Positions 47,591 through 57,829 of a DNA stretch of 64,000 bases are shown here, piece by piece. Where the stretch lies: NCBI GenBank assembly GCA_964630665.1, contig CAZVVN010000006.1:1-64000 (forward strand), given 5' to 3'. This stretch comes from an uncultured Acidiferrobacteraceae bacterium (GTDB lineage Bacteria; Pseudomonadota; Gammaproteobacteria; Arenicellales; UBA868). A program made the position numbers and the translations under genes. The notes beneath the pieces were generated by a model that saw nothing but the letters and a program-made list of their open reading frames with translations, was not told the origin of the DNA and searched no databases. The first letter of the stretch is position 1. Each line of letters opens with the position of its first letter.

Positions 47591-48370
47591 ATGAAACTTG
47601 ACAAGGACCAGCTGGAACAATTTCACACAGAAGGTTTTCTGTTCCTGCCCGAATGCTTCTCTATGGCCGAATCAAACGCTCTGCTGGACGAGGCACACAA
47701 AGTCTATCAACTGGACCGACCCGAGGTCGTGCAAGAAGCCAGTGGCGTGGCGCGAACGGCGTTTGCAGCCCACACCTACAACGACGCTTTTGGCAGGCTC
47801 GGTGCCCACCCTCGTTTAATTGAACCGGTAGTCCAAATTCTGGGTGAAGAGGTCTACATGCACCAGTACAAGGTCAATGCCAAAGCCGCCTTTGACGGAG
47901 AAGTCTGGCAGTGGCACCAGGACTTCGGCACCTGGCACAGAGACGACGAAATGCCGGAACCGCGGGCCATGAACATCGCGGTTTACCTCGACGATGTGAC
48001 GGCCGCCAATGGGCCACTGCTGTTCATTCCCGGCAGCCATATGGACGGGACCCTGCCCGCAGGACACGACATCGAGACGACGTCCTACCCGCTGTGGACC
48101 CTGGACCGGGCCACAGTCACTCGACTGGCAACCGCAGGTGGAATCGAAGCGCCGGTCGGCAAAGCGGGTTCAGTTGTGCTGTTTCACGGCAACCTGGTCC
48201 ACGCAAGCCCACCCAACATCAGCCCCTTTGGACGCACGATCGTCTACCTCAGCCTTTGTGCCATTTCCAACCACATCCGGCGCTACAAGCGACCCGAATA
48301 CATCGCCCACCGCGATTTCAGGCCAATCACGCCACTGGCCGATGACTGCCTGTCCGAACTGGCTGCCTGA
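47591..48370 (+). CDS. PhyH-family Fe(II)/2-oxoglutarate dioxygenase, ectoine hydroxylase (EctD)-like with diverged signature
   Basis: EEVYMHQYKVNAKAAFDGEVWQWHQDFGTWHRDDEMPEPRAMNIAVYLDDVTAANGPLLFIPGSH parallels the EctD signature region (F-x-W-H-S-D-F-E-T-W-H-x-E-D-G-M-P ... PGSH) but has several substitutions. The His-x-Asp...His triad context is present. The ORF-track TTG start at 47543 is rejected in favour of the ATG at 47591. Confidence 0.7.
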   Translation: MKLDKDQLEQFHTEGFLFLPECFSMAESNALLDEAHKVYQLDRPEVVQEASGVARTAFAAHTYNDAFGRLGAHPRLIEPVVQILGEEVYMHQYKVNAKAAFDGEVWQWHQDFGTWHRDDEMPEPRAMNIAVYLDDVTAANGPLLFIPGSHMDGTLPAGHDIETTSYPLWTLDRATVTRLATAGGIEAPVGKAGSVVLFHGNLVHASPPNISPFGRTIVYLSLCAISNHIRRYKRPEYIAHRDFRPITPLADDCLSELAA

Positions 48371-48471
48371 ACCGCCTCATGTGAAGCGACTTTAATGTGA
48401 CATGGAGACGCCCTTACACTGGGCTGACCCGCTAATGCCACCTCCTTGGTCAACGGCAGTTTACCTGCAGT

Positions 48472-49659
48472 TCAGGTCAGCTTCTCCAGGAAGAAAGTGG
48501 TCATGGCACCTTTGTTCTTGAGGTCGGTCCAACCTCGCTCGACAACCTCCGCGGACCGATCCAGAAACGCCCGACTTGCCTCGGAGATGTGCACCTTGCC
48601 AGCCTCGCCGCTCGCTTCCATACGAGCCGCAATATTGACCGCATCGCCCCACACATCGAAAGTCCCACCGGAATAGCCCGCGATCACCGGCCCGGTGTGT
48701 ATCCCAACCCGAATCGGCCATTCCGGCTTGCCCAGTGTCCTGTGCTGTATATTGCTTCCTTCAACGAACTGCACCAGATCAAGCGCCGCCGCGCATGTAT
48801 CTCGAATGTGTGTCGGGCGCCCTTCCGGTACCCCGCCGACACACATGTAGGCATCACCGATGGTTTTCACCTTCTTGAGACGGTGTTTTGCCGTGATCTG
48901 ATCAAAACCCTTAAAGAAAGTATTCAAGGTGTCGAGTAATTCACCGGGCTGGATCTGTTCGACCAGACGAGTGAAGCCGACAAAATCAGTAAACATGATA
49001 CTTGCCGAGGAGAAGTACTCCCCTTTGGCATCAGTGCCAGTATCAGCCTCTGAGTCGTTCTCACCGGCAACGCGTCGTGCAGTCCCATCGCCTTGCTCGA
49101 GCAGGGTGACCACCTGGTCCGATAATAGTCTCAATCCTTCCTTCTGGCCGTGAACCAGCTTCGCAGGCTCGAAGTCGACCACACACAACGTACCTAGCGC
49201 GTACCCCCGACTGCTGACCAGAGGGGTCCCGGCATAGAATCGGATTCCCGAAGCAGATGGCATGTTCTGAAAATTCCGGGTGCGCTCGTCCTCGTCGATA
49301 TCCTCAATGATCAACTGTTCCCCTGGAGTGGCAAGCACATACTGGCAGATGCTGGTATCCCGCGGTGTCTGTTTCAAGCGCTCTTTGGTCTCGACATCAA
49401 TCCCGCTGCTCAACTTGCAGAACTGGCTGTCATTACTCAAGATATTGATGACGCTGACTGGGCACTCGGTGAGGTAACTGGCGATCTGAGTCACGTTGTT
49501 GAAACGTCGATCGCTTTCGAAATCCTTTTCCACAAGACCTAGTCGTTTGAGCTCGTCAAGCCGTTGTTCTTCATCTGGCGGGTTCGATACCGGGACGATC
49601 CCGGCTTCCAGGCCCTGCGCCTTGGCTTGTTCAAATATCTCCTGCTTGACGGCATCCAT
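48472..49659 (-). CDS. GAF domain-containing class III adenylate/guanylate cyclase
   Basis: 395 aa. The N-terminal GAF-like region is EQRLDELKRLGLVE...GTLCVVDFEP. The C-terminal cyclase homology domain motifs are FTDFVGFT, KTIGDAYMCVGG, VGIHTGPVIAG and VWGDAVNIAARMEASG. Confidence 0.75.
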   Translation of the reverse strand: MDAVKQEIFEQAKAQGLEAGIVPVSNPPDEEQRLDELKRLGLVEKDFESDRRFNNVTQIASYLTECPVSVINILSNDSQFCKLSSGIDVETKERLKQTPRDTSICQYVLATPGEQLIIEDIDEDERTRNFQNMPSASGIRFYAGTPLVSSRGYALGTLCVVDFEPAKLVHGQKEGLRLLSDQVVTLLEQGDGTARRVAGENDSEADTGTDAKGEYFSSASIMFTDFVGFTRLVEQIQPGELLDTLNTFFKGFDQITAKHRLKKVKTIGDAYMCVGGVPEGRPTHIRDTCAAALDLVQFVEGSNIQHRTLGKPEWPIRVGIHTGPVIAGYSGGTFDVWGDAVNIAARMEASGEAGKVHISEASRAFLDRSAEVVERGWTDLKNKGAMTTFFLEKLT

Positions 49660-49819
49660 GGATAAGCTTCTGATTTTTAACGATTGTTCAGTCCGGGCGC
49701 GGGGCGCTGACGTCAGATCGACACCTGATTCCTACTGAATAGAATACTATACTGGACTATTATGACCCTAGCTATGACGGGTGGAGATACTCAGGCCCGT
49801 CAGTACGAGGTCTCTTTTC

Positions 49820-51052
49820 ATGAGCCAGAATCTGACAACCAACGGCGATCGCTTTCTCGCTGATCTCGACGCTCTGCGGGAATTCGGCAAACAAGGCAGC
49901 GGAGTGGTCCGGCCCGCGTTCTCACCTCCTGATATCGATTCGCGGCGTTGGCTTACCGGCAAATTTGAAGCCTGTGGGTTGAGGCCCCGGTGGGACCCAG
50001 CGGCCAACCTGTTCGGAATGCCCCCGCAGTCCGGCAAACCGATCCTGATCGGATCACACTCCGACACCCAGCCCGAGGGCGGCTGGCTCGATGGCGCTTA
50101 TGGGGTCATTCTAGCCCTCGAAGTGGCGCGAACTTGTCAGGAAGCCGGTGGACCACCGGTCGCCGTGGTCTCATTTCAGGATGAAGAAAGTGCCTTCATG
50201 CCCATGACTGGCAGCTGCTTCTTCAGTGGTAACTTGTCCCGCGACACACTGTATGACCTGAGCAACGCTGCCGGACAACGTTACGGTGACCTCGCCAGTG
50301 CTCTGCCGGAACTCGAGCAACCTGAGTCACTGGATCCCGGCTTGTTCAGTGCTTTCCTGGAAGCCCACATCGAACAGGGCCCGGTTCTGGACCAGGCGGG
50401 TGAGATCATCGGGGTGGTTGAGACCATTGTCGGCAGTCGCCAGTTTGAAGTCACGATCACAGGCCAGCAGAACCACGCTGGGACGACGCCAATGGCCCTG
50501 CGACAGGACGCAGTCACTGGCTTTGCCGCTTTCATAACCAAGCTGGAAGAACGGTTCACAGAAATTGCAACACCACGTTCGGTCTGGACCATCGGCCGGG
50601 TGGACGTACGCCCCAATGCGCCTTCCATCGTTCCGGGAGCGCTGAACTGCTCCGTGCAGATGCGCGACGGCTCCCTCTCGCAACTGGATGCCATGTGCGA
50701 GATAACTCAGAAGGTGGCCGCCCAGACAGCAGCAGAAAGAAACCTCAACATTTCGCTGTTAGAGACAAAAGCTGTCGACCCGGTTGACATGGATGACCAG
50801 ATCATCGAGGCCTTCTGTGATGCTGCCGGATCAAATGCACCTGGTGCCTGGCGGCTTATGCCCTCCGGTGCGCTGCACGACGCCATGAACCTTGCGCCGC
50901 GAATCCCGACAGGGATGATGTTCGTGCCTTCGATCGGTGGCGTCAGCCACGCCTTCGAAGAGGACACCGAAAGAGAACACCTGGTTGCCGGTGTTCAGGT
51001 CATGGCCGATGCGGTCACCCGGCTCGCGGATCAACTGGGCGATAGCGGCTAG
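49820..51052 (+). CDS. M20-family Zn amidohydrolase: N-carbamoyl-L-amino-acid hydrolase / allantoate amidohydrolase type
   Basis: ATG at 49820 with GAGG upstream. The family traits read off the translation are [19 protein letters not shown] (the His/Asp metal-binding region of AmaB/AllC-like enzymes) and the insertion domain around NHAGTTPM. Its stop CTAG is shared with the convergent acyl-CoA synthetase stop. Confidence 0.75.
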   Translation: MSQNLTTNGDRFLADLDALREFGKQGSGVVRPAFSPPDIDSRRWLTGKFEACGLRPRWDPAANLFGMPPQSGKPILIGSHSDTQPEGGWLDGAYGVILALEVARTCQEAGGPPVAVVSFQDEESAFMPMTGSCFFSGNLSRDTLYDLSNAAGQRYGDLASALPELEQPESLDPGLFSAFLEAHIEQGPVLDQAGEIIGVVETIVGSRQFEVTITGQQNHAGTTPMALRQDAVTGFAAFITKLEERFTEIATPRSVWTIGRVDVRPNAPSIVPGALNCSVQMRDGSLSQLDAMCEITQKVAAQTAAERNLNISLLETKAVDPVDMDDQIIEAFCDAAGSNAPGAWRLMPSGALHDAMNLAPRIPTGMMFVPSIGGVSHAFEEDTEREHLVAGVQVMADAVTRLADQLGDSG

Positions 51053-52743
51053 GCTGTACTCGTCTCTTCCAGGTCGAGTTCTGAGACCATCTTCTCGCGC
51101 ATGAGAAACTTCTGCGGCTTACCCGTCACCGTCATTGGAAATTCCGTAACCGTGCGGACATATCGGGGAACCTTGAAATGCGCGATCTGGCCTTCGCAGT
51201 GGGTACGGACATCTTCGAGCGACACCTGCGCGCCCTGAGCTGGAACAATCCAGGCACAGATCTCTTCACCGTATTTCTCATCCGGAATTCCAAAAACCTG
51301 AACGTCCTGGATTCCGGGATGACCGAGTAGAAACTCCTCGATTTCGCGGGGGTAGACGTTCTCCCCACCGCGGATCAACATGTCTTTGACCCGCCCGACG
51401 ATGTTGCAGTAGCCCTCCGAATCAATCGTCGCGAGATCACCAGTGTGCATCCAACCATCACTGTCGATGGATTTAGCGGTTTGTTCCGGGTCCTCCCAAT
51501 ATTCCCGCATGACCAGATAACCACGGGTATGAAGTTCCCCTTGTTGCCCGGATGCCACGGTCTCACCCGATTCATTCACCACCTTGGCTTCGACATGCGG
51601 GTGAATCCGTCCAACCGTTGAGACGCGCCGCTCGATAGGATCGTCGACGGCACTCTGGAAAGATACCGGACTGGTCTCGGTCATGCCGTAAGCGATGGTC
51701 ATTTCCTCCAGGTGCATCTCGGAAACCACCCGCTTCATCAGTTCGATCGGACAGGGTGCGCCAGCCATAATACCGGTACGAAGAGTGCGCAGGTCGAACT
51801 GGCTGAAATCGGGCAAATTGACCATCGCACTGAACATTGTGGGAACACCATGCACGCCGGTACAACGTTCCTGACTCAGGGTCTGAAGCGTCTGCAAAGC
51901 ATCAAACCCCTCTCCGGGAAACACCATGGTACTTCCAGCTGTCACACAGGCGAGGTTACCCAGCACCATGCCGAAGCAGTGATAAAGTGGCACCGGTATG
52001 CACAATCGATCCTGGTGAGTCAGCCGCATGCAGTCTGCGACGAACCTGGCATTGTTGACGATATTCCGGTGGGTCAGTGTGGCGGCCTTGGGCGAACCGG
52101 TCGTACCGGAGGTGAACTGCAGGTTGATCGCGTCATCCGGAACCAGCGTAGCACCGATCGCATCCAGCCGCGCACGCTGTCCGGGCCCGCCTCGTGTCAT
52201 CACGTCACTGAAGCAGAGCATGCCCGCTACTGGAGCATCACCGACCTGGATCACGCTCTTCAGCGACGGAAGATTCTTGGATTCCAGCTGACCGGGCTGA
52301 CAGCGGCCAAGTTCCGGCGCAATATCCTGCAGCATTTCCAGGTACTGACTGGTCTTGAAGGAAACAGCGCTGATCAGCGCCTTGACGCCGGCCTTGGCCA
52401 GTGCGTATTGCAGCTCTGCCCGCCGATAGGCCGGGTTGATGTTGACCAGTATGGTGCCAATCCGCGCAGTGGCAAACTGGGCAAGGACCCACTCTGGCCG
52501 ATTGGGGGCCCAGATACCAACCCTGTCTCCTTTGTAGACACCTATAGCCAGCAGGCCAGCAGCAAGCTCATCGACCTTTTTCGAGAGCTGATCCCAAGTC
52601 CAGCGCTCTCCGGATTCGGAGAAAACACAGGCGTCACGGCTACCGTGTTGAGCCACGGTCCGGGCAAGAAAATCCGGGATCGTCACGGCCTCCAGTGTGG
52701 GCGTCTCCGGACCCTTGACATGCGAGTGGACTAAGCCTGCCAT
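51049..52743 (-). CDS. AMP-forming acyl-CoA synthetase / fatty-acid-CoA ligase
   Basis: The ATG at 52743 (MAGLVHS) avoids overlap with the upstream gene. The AMP-binding motif is region [12 protein letters not shown]. Other motifs are YGMTETSPV and the GWMHTGDLA...[20 protein letters not shown]-terminal domain. Confidence 0.8.
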   Translation of the reverse strand: MAGLVHSHVKGPETPTLEAVTIPDFLARTVAQHGSRDACVFSESGERWTWDQLSKKVDELAAGLLAIGVYKGDRVGIWAPNRPEWVLAQFATARIGTILVNINPAYRRAELQYALAKAGVKALISAVSFKTSQYLEMLQDIAPELGRCQPGQLESKNLPSLKSVIQVGDAPVAGMLCFSDVMTRGGPGQRARLDAIGATLVPDDAINLQFTSGTTGSPKAATLTHRNIVNNARFVADCMRLTHQDRLCIPVPLYHCFGMVLGNLACVTAGSTMVFPGEGFDALQTLQTLSQERCTGVHGVPTMFSAMVNLPDFSQFDLRTLRTGIMAGAPCPIELMKRVVSEMHLEEMTIAYGMTETSPVSFQSAVDDPIERRVSTVGRIHPHVEAKVVNESGETVASGQQGELHTRGYLVMREYWEDPEQTAKSIDSDGWMHTGDLATIDSEGYCNIVGRVKDMLIRGGENVYPREIEEFLLGHPGIQDVQVFGIPDEKYGEEICAWIVPAQGAQVSLEDVRTHCEGQIAHFKVPRYVRTVTEFPMTVTGKPQKFLMREKMVSELDLEETSTA

Positions 52744-52810
52744 CAGAGGTTCTCTGCTAGACATGAATCTGGTCGGACACATCCGGGACAACTCTGAGTC
52801 GGACGCGTTG

Positions 52811-55153
52811 TCACATCTGCCTCCAGTCACCCAGCTGCTCAAACGCATGAGCGGCCTGGTAGATAGTGGACTCACCGTAATGCCGGCTGATCAACATCAT
52901 CCCGACCGGCAACCCCTCTCCCATGCCACACGGAACAGACATGGCCGGATGGCCAGTGACGTCGAACGGGCTGGTATTTGCAAGCATCTCGAAAGCTCTC
53001 TGGCAGTACAGCGCCAGGGGGGCATCGGGCGGCGGCAGGGGGGTGGCCTTCATCGGCAACGTTGGCATCATCAGTAGGTCGCACTGCTCCAGTGTCGCAT
53101 TGTAGGTCTCTTTCAGTTTACGACCTAGGTTCTGGGCCTTAGCATAGAAATGCCCGCGGTAATGCCGGAGGAAATACTCTCCGAGAAACATGCTGACCTT
53201 GAGGGTATCGGACAACTCGTCGGCCCGATTAAGCCAGTTTGAATGATGATCGAGCAGACTGGTCGTATAGAGGCCCTTCCAGCCGGTGCCGAAACCGTTG
53301 CCCTTCATCATCTGGTTGGTCAGGCCTTCGAGCGCGATAGGTGTCCAGATGGCGGCGCCTTCATTATGCATCGGGATGGAGATGTCCTGGACATCAGCAC
53401 CGAGTTCACGCAGCCGGTCCGCGGCCGATCGCACTTTCGCGTCTACATCCGTCTCAGACTCGGGCCGACCAAAGCCTTCCTGTACCACCCCGATCTTCAG
53501 CCCCCGCACACCGCGACCAAGCGCCGAGGTGTAATGATCGACTCTGGGCGCATATTGTCTCGGGTCCAATCCATCTTCACCTGCGATCACTTCCAAGAGC
53601 AGCGCATTATCGGCAACGTTCTGTGTCATAGGACCAGTGTGATCGATCGTGGTCTCGATCGGCATCACACCCGTGTAGGGAACCAGCCCATGCGTCGGCT
53701 TCAAGCCGTAGCAACCGCAGTACGACGCGGGCATGCGGATTGACCCGCCCTGATCCCCTCCCATGGCCATGTCGACCTGCCCAGAAGCAACCAGGGCACC
53801 CGAGCCCGAGGACGAGCCCCCGGCTGAATACCCCATCCTGTGCGGATTGTGGCAGGGACCGGTCGCATTCGTGTGGCTACCACCTGAGAGACAGAAGTAC
53901 TCGCAGTGGGCTTTACCGACAATCGTACCACCGGCGTCGAGAATTCGTGTTACTACGGTCGCGTCCACATCCGGAATGTAGCCCTCCAGCGTAGACGCAC
54001 CATTCATCATGGGCACACCGGCCAGACTGATGTTGTCTTTAAGCGCCACTGTTTTTCCGGCAAGGGGTCCGCGTGGTGCACCTTTGACCTCACACTTGAC
54101 GTACCACGCATTGAGGGGGTTTTCTTCCGCGGAAGGCCGGTATCCCGGTGTTCTGGGATAATCCACCGTAGGCAGGTAATCGGGCATCCCATCGATCAGG
54201 TCATAGACCTTAATCGTGTCCTCCATGACCTCCAGGAACTCTGCTATCCGTTCGTCCGACAAGTGCATCCCCAGATCCAGGGTAATTTCCTTGAGTTGTT
54301 CGTGGGTCGGTCTCTTGACAGTCATATAGTCAAACCTCTTGTGGCTGGCCAACGCAGTCGCTATGGGCTGGCCTGCAGTTGCTGTGGTTTCGTTCTTAGG
54401 TATCAGTTCAGTTACGTGCTTGGGCATTGCATTGCTGGACCCAAAACCGACAAACTCCTCAATCAGTGAAGAATCCGTTGTATGCCCGTCACCTATTTCA
54501 CCGGTGATATCGCCTTTCTGCAACAGCAGGACCCGGTCCGACAGCGCCGTGATGAACTCAAGATTCTGTTCAACGAGCACGATACTCAATCCGTGCTCGG
54601 TATTCAGGCGTTTAAGCAGGTCAATAATACCCTCGACAATGGACGGTTGAATCCCTTCTGTCGGCTCATCCAAGAGTACCAGGTCCGGCTTGCTGATTAG
54701 GCAGCGAGCGATCGCCAGTATCTGCTGTTCCCCGCCGCTTAGGGCAGCCCCCGACCGATCGAGCAACGGTTGAAGCTGAGGGAAAGTCTGCACGATGGCT
54801 TCAATGGCCTCATGCTCTTCCTCACCATGCTCCACGACTCCCATCCTTAGGTTATCGTAGACCGAGAGCTGGGGAAAGATGCCTCTCCCCTGGGGCACAT
54901 ACCCCAACCCCAGGCGGGAGCGCTCATAAGCCGGCTCATCGGAAATATCCATTCCGTCGAATTCGATTCGACCCGAGGTCGCCGGCACGATCCCCATTAG
55001 CGTCTTCAGCAGAGTAGTCTTACCCATACCATTGTGCCCCAGCACACCGACGATCTGACCTTCAGCCACAGACAGATCTATGCCGTGAAGTATTGGCACT
55101 CGCCCATAACCCGCGTGCAGGTCCCGAACATTCAGCATCGGCGAGTCACTCAT
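52811..55153 (-). CDS. Fusion protein: N-terminal LivF-type ABC ATPase (about 237 aa) fused in-frame to a C-terminal amidase-signature enzyme (about 540 aa)
   Basis: A single uninterrupted 780-aa ORF. The N-terminus carries Walker [13 protein letters not shown], signature [15 protein letters not shown] and Walker [14 protein letters not shown] (LivF/UrtE-like). From about residue 239 it carries the amidase signature [47 protein letters not shown]. There is no stop codon between the two domains. Confidence 0.75.
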   Translation of the reverse strand: MSDSPMLNVRDLHAGYGRVPILHGIDLSVAEGQIVGVLGHNGMGKTTLLKTLMGIVPATSGRIEFDGMDISDEPAYERSRLGLGYVPQGRGIFPQLSVYDNLRMGVVEHGEEEHEAIEAIVQTFPQLQPLLDRSGAALSGGEQQILAIARCLISKPDLVLLDEPTEGIQPSIVEGIIDLLKRLNTEHGLSIVLVEQNLEFITALSDRVLLLQKGDITGEIGDGHTTDSSLIEEFVGFGSSNAMPKHVTELIPKNETTATAGQPIATALASHKRFDYMTVKRPTHEQLKEITLDLGMHLSDERIAEFLEVMEDTIKVYDLIDGMPDYLPTVDYPRTPGYRPSAEENPLNAWYVKCEVKGAPRGPLAGKTVALKDNISLAGVPMMNGASTLEGYIPDVDATVVTRILDAGGTIVGKAHCEYFCLSGGSHTNATGPCHNPHRMGYSAGGSSSGSGALVASGQVDMAMGGDQGGSIRMPASYCGCYGLKPTHGLVPYTGVMPIETTIDHTGPMTQNVADNALLLEVIAGEDGLDPRQYAPRVDHYTSALGRGVRGLKIGVVQEGFGRPESETDVDAKVRSAADRLRELGADVQDISIPMHNEGAAIWTPIALEGLTNQMMKGNGFGTGWKGLYTTSLLDHHSNWLNRADELSDTLKVSMFLGEYFLRHYRGHFYAKAQNLGRKLKETYNATLEQCDLLMMPTLPMKATPLPPPDAPLALYCQRAFEMLANTSPFDVTGHPAMSVPCGMGEGLPVGMMLISRHYGESTIYQAAHAFEQLGDWRQM

Positions 55154-55881
55154 GCACTTTTCCGCTGGCCAAGGTAGACCTCCCGGACGCGCTCGTCCGA
55201 CGACACCTCGTCCATAGCACCTTCAGTCAGGATTCGGCCCTGGTGAAACACCGTGACCTTGCGCGCAATCATGCGGATGAACTGCATGTCGTGCTCGACA
55301 ACAATCATCGTTGCACTTCGATTTATTTCCTGGATGATTTCTGCAGTCCGAACAACCTCATCCTGAGTCATTCCAGCGGTCGGTTCATCGAGTATCACCA
55401 ACCAGGGTTCGCCCGCCAGCACCATTCCCAGTTCCACCAGTTGCCGCTGCCCGTGAGCGAGTGATCCCAGCTGAATTTTCCGTACCTTCCCCAGTTCCAG
55501 TCGGTCGATAACTTCCGTCGTGATCACCCGTGCCCGCTTGACACTGGCGGACTGGCTGGCCGAGAGCCAGATGTTCTCTTCGACATCCAGACCGTCGAAT
55601 ACATTCGGCACCTGGGTCTTGATCCCGACCCCCATTCTCGCAACCTGGTGGGATTCGCTGCCGGTGACATTGAAATCTCGTATCACAACATCACCGGCCG
55701 TCGGGCGCAACTGGGCGGTCAGGCATTTGAAAAAAGTGCTCTTGCCGGCGCCGTTGGGCCCAATTAGACAACGTAACTCATTCTCTCTCAGGGAAAAATC
55801 GACCCGATCAACAGCCACGACACCGCCGAAATGCATCGACAGCCCTCGGGTTTCGAGCACCACGTTACTCCTCAAGGCCAC
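55150..55881 (-). CDS. ABC transporter ATP-binding protein, LivG/UrtD-like
   Basis: Walker [13 protein letters not shown], signature [15 protein letters not shown] and Walker [12 protein letters not shown]. Its stop overlaps the fusion gene's start (ATGA). Confidence 0.85.
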   Translation of the reverse strand: MALRSNVVLETRGLSMHFGGVVAVDRVDFSLRENELRCLIGPNGAGKSTFFKCLTAQLRPTAGDVVIRDFNVTGSESHQVARMGVGIKTQVPNVFDGLDVEENIWLSASQSASVKRARVITTEVIDRLELGKVRKIQLGSLAHGQRQLVELGMVLAGEPWLVILDEPTAGMTQDEVVRTAEIIQEINRSATMIVVEHDMQFIRMIARKVTVFHQGRILTEGAMDEVSSDERVREVYLGQRKSA

Positions 55882-56926
55882 CCTCCTTTACCCTTGTTCG
55901 ACCGCGTCGCCTAAATTTGCGGGCTGAGCGCGCCGTCATCCGTCGTGATCGTCTTCTGTCCCACATCTGCACCACCGACGGCACGATCCCCCTGGGCACC
56001 ACCAGGACAAAAATGATCAGAACCAACCCAAGGAACAAGTTGATGTTCACGACAGACTGCTGGCCAAGGAATGATGTCAGGTAAAACAAGACCAGGGCCC
56101 CGAAAATCGGCCCGATCAATGTGCCGCGACCGCCGATGATCACCCAGATAATCGCAAGTGCCGCGTTGTAGAGGTTGAATACATCCGGGGTAATTCGTCC
56201 AATCGAGTTGGCGAACATTATTCCCCCGAGGCCGGCGATGGCACCACCGACAGTGAACATGCAAAGTTTGTACAGGCGAACGTCATAGCCCAGTAGTTCT
56301 GTGCGCACTTCATTTTCCCGGATCGACACCGACACCCGCCCGAAATGCGATTTCGTCAGCCATACGCAGAGAAAATACGATCCCAGAAGGGCCACCATTG
56401 CGACATAGAACACCTGTTCTGGGAACAGGAACTGGTTGGCGTCCCAGGGAATGTTAATCGGCGGCACATTGATTCCGTTGAATCCTCCCAGCTTGGCAAT
56501 ACCAATCTTGTATTCGGGACCTGATGTCCGACGAATCACGCTGTACAGAATGAGTGTCAAGGTCAGGGTGATCACGGCCAAGTAAACATCGCTCAGGCGG
56601 CCGTAGAACATGAAATAGCCCAGGATCGCCGCCACGGCCGCCGCCACCAGAATTGCAATAAGTATTGCGCCGCTGCTGCCGCCGAAATTCAGTGCTGCAA
56701 TCGCGTAGGCATAACCACCAATCCCAAAAAACGCCGTCTGGCCAAAACACAGAATGCCGCCGTAACCCCAGATCAAGCCCAGGCTCAAGGCAAGTATTGC
56801 CAGGCTGACCGCGGTGGTCAGGCTGATCACCGCAAAGAGATCGAGGCTCTGGGGCGCAGCGAACAACACGACCAAGCCGACGATCCCAATCGACACGAGA
56901 GCGTTGGTCTCTCTGGTTCGTTTCAC
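55865..56926 (-). CDS. ABC transporter permease, LivM/UrtC-like
   Basis: 353 aa, multi-TM, branched-chain-amino-acid-type permease architecture. It overlaps the neighbouring genes by a few nt. Confidence 0.8.
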   Translation of the reverse strand: MKRTRETNALVSIGIVGLVVLFAAPQSLDLFAVISLTTAVSLAILALSLGLIWGYGGILCFGQTAFFGIGGYAYAIAALNFGGSSGAILIAILVAAAVAAILGYFMFYGRLSDVYLAVITLTLTLILYSVIRRTSGPEYKIGIAKLGGFNGINVPPINIPWDANQFLFPEQVFYVAMVALLGSYFLCVWLTKSHFGRVSVSIRENEVRTELLGYDVRLYKLCMFTVGGAIAGLGGIMFANSIGRITPDVFNLYNAALAIIWVIIGGRGTLIGPIFGALVLFYLTSFLGQQSVVNINLFLGLVLIIFVLVVPRGIVPSVVQMWDRRRSRRMTARSARKFRRRGRTRVKEGGLEE

Positions 56927-57792
56927 AGGCTTCGCTTAAAGAAACGACCAGTGATGCCCTGTGGCATCAAACGCAGCAAGACGATGGCCAACAGGAGCAG
57001 TGCCACCTCACCCATGGTCGGGCCAATCACGAAGCTGACGATACCGTTGATACCCCCCAGTAGGATAGATGCCGAGGCTGTTCCGGCAAGAATTGCAGTG
57101 CCACCGGAGATAACGGTGATGAAGGCCTTACCGATGTAGATCGCTCCGATGGTTGGCAGAATACCAGTGATTGGTGCCAGCAGGCCTCCAGCGAGGCCTG
57201 ATAGGGCAGCACCGATCCCGAAGGTTGTCGAGTACACGCGCTGGGTGCTGACTCCCAGCGCTGCAGCCATGTCTGCAGCCTGCATGGTGCCGCGGGCCAC
57301 CAGGCCCAGCTTGGTGTAGCGCAGCAGAAAGTACAGCAGGACGACCAGGAGAATCGCCACCAGGATGAGAAACAACTCATACCCACTCGAGCTGAATTCC
57401 CCGATGGTAATCGGACCGAACGGTGGCGCAATTGTTGTGGCCGTTTGCGCTCCAAAGATTGTCGTGATCAAGCCGATAAAGAACAAGCTCAACCCCCAGG
57501 TGGCCAGCAGGGTATCGACCATCCGGCCGTACAGAAAACGGATCAGAACCCACTCAACAATCAGTCCAATGATCCCGACGATCAGCGGCGCCAGGATGAA
57601 CATCGCAATCCAAATATTGACGCCACCGTTGGTGGCCACAATGACCGTGTACCCGCCCAGCATTAGGAACTCCCCATGGGCAAGGTTGATCACCCGCATC
57701 ATCCCGAAAATAACCGCCAACCCGATGCTGATCAGCACCAGGTTGGCGATGCCGTAGACGATTTGAAGCGCCAGAGCGGCTACAAGATCCAC
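56923..57792 (-). CDS. ABC transporter permease, LivH/UrtB-like
   Basis: 289 aa, multi-TM. The conserved N-terminal INLAHGEFLMLGGY is typical of LivH-type permeases. Confidence 0.8.
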   Translation of the reverse strand: MDLVAALALQIVYGIANLVLISIGLAVIFGMMRVINLAHGEFLMLGGYTVIVATNGGVNIWIAMFILAPLIVGIIGLIVEWVLIRFLYGRMVDTLLATWGLSLFFIGLITTIFGAQTATTIAPPFGPITIGEFSSSGYELFLILVAILLVVLLYFLLRYTKLGLVARGTMQAADMAAALGVSTQRVYSTTFGIGAALSGLAGGLLAPITGILPTIGAIYIGKAFITVISGGTAILAGTASASILLGGINGIVSFVIGPTMGEVALLLLAIVLLRLMPQGITGRFFKRSL

Positions 57793-57829
57793 TGTTGGCT
57801 TCCCGGCTGATGTCGAGACGCTGTCCGAA

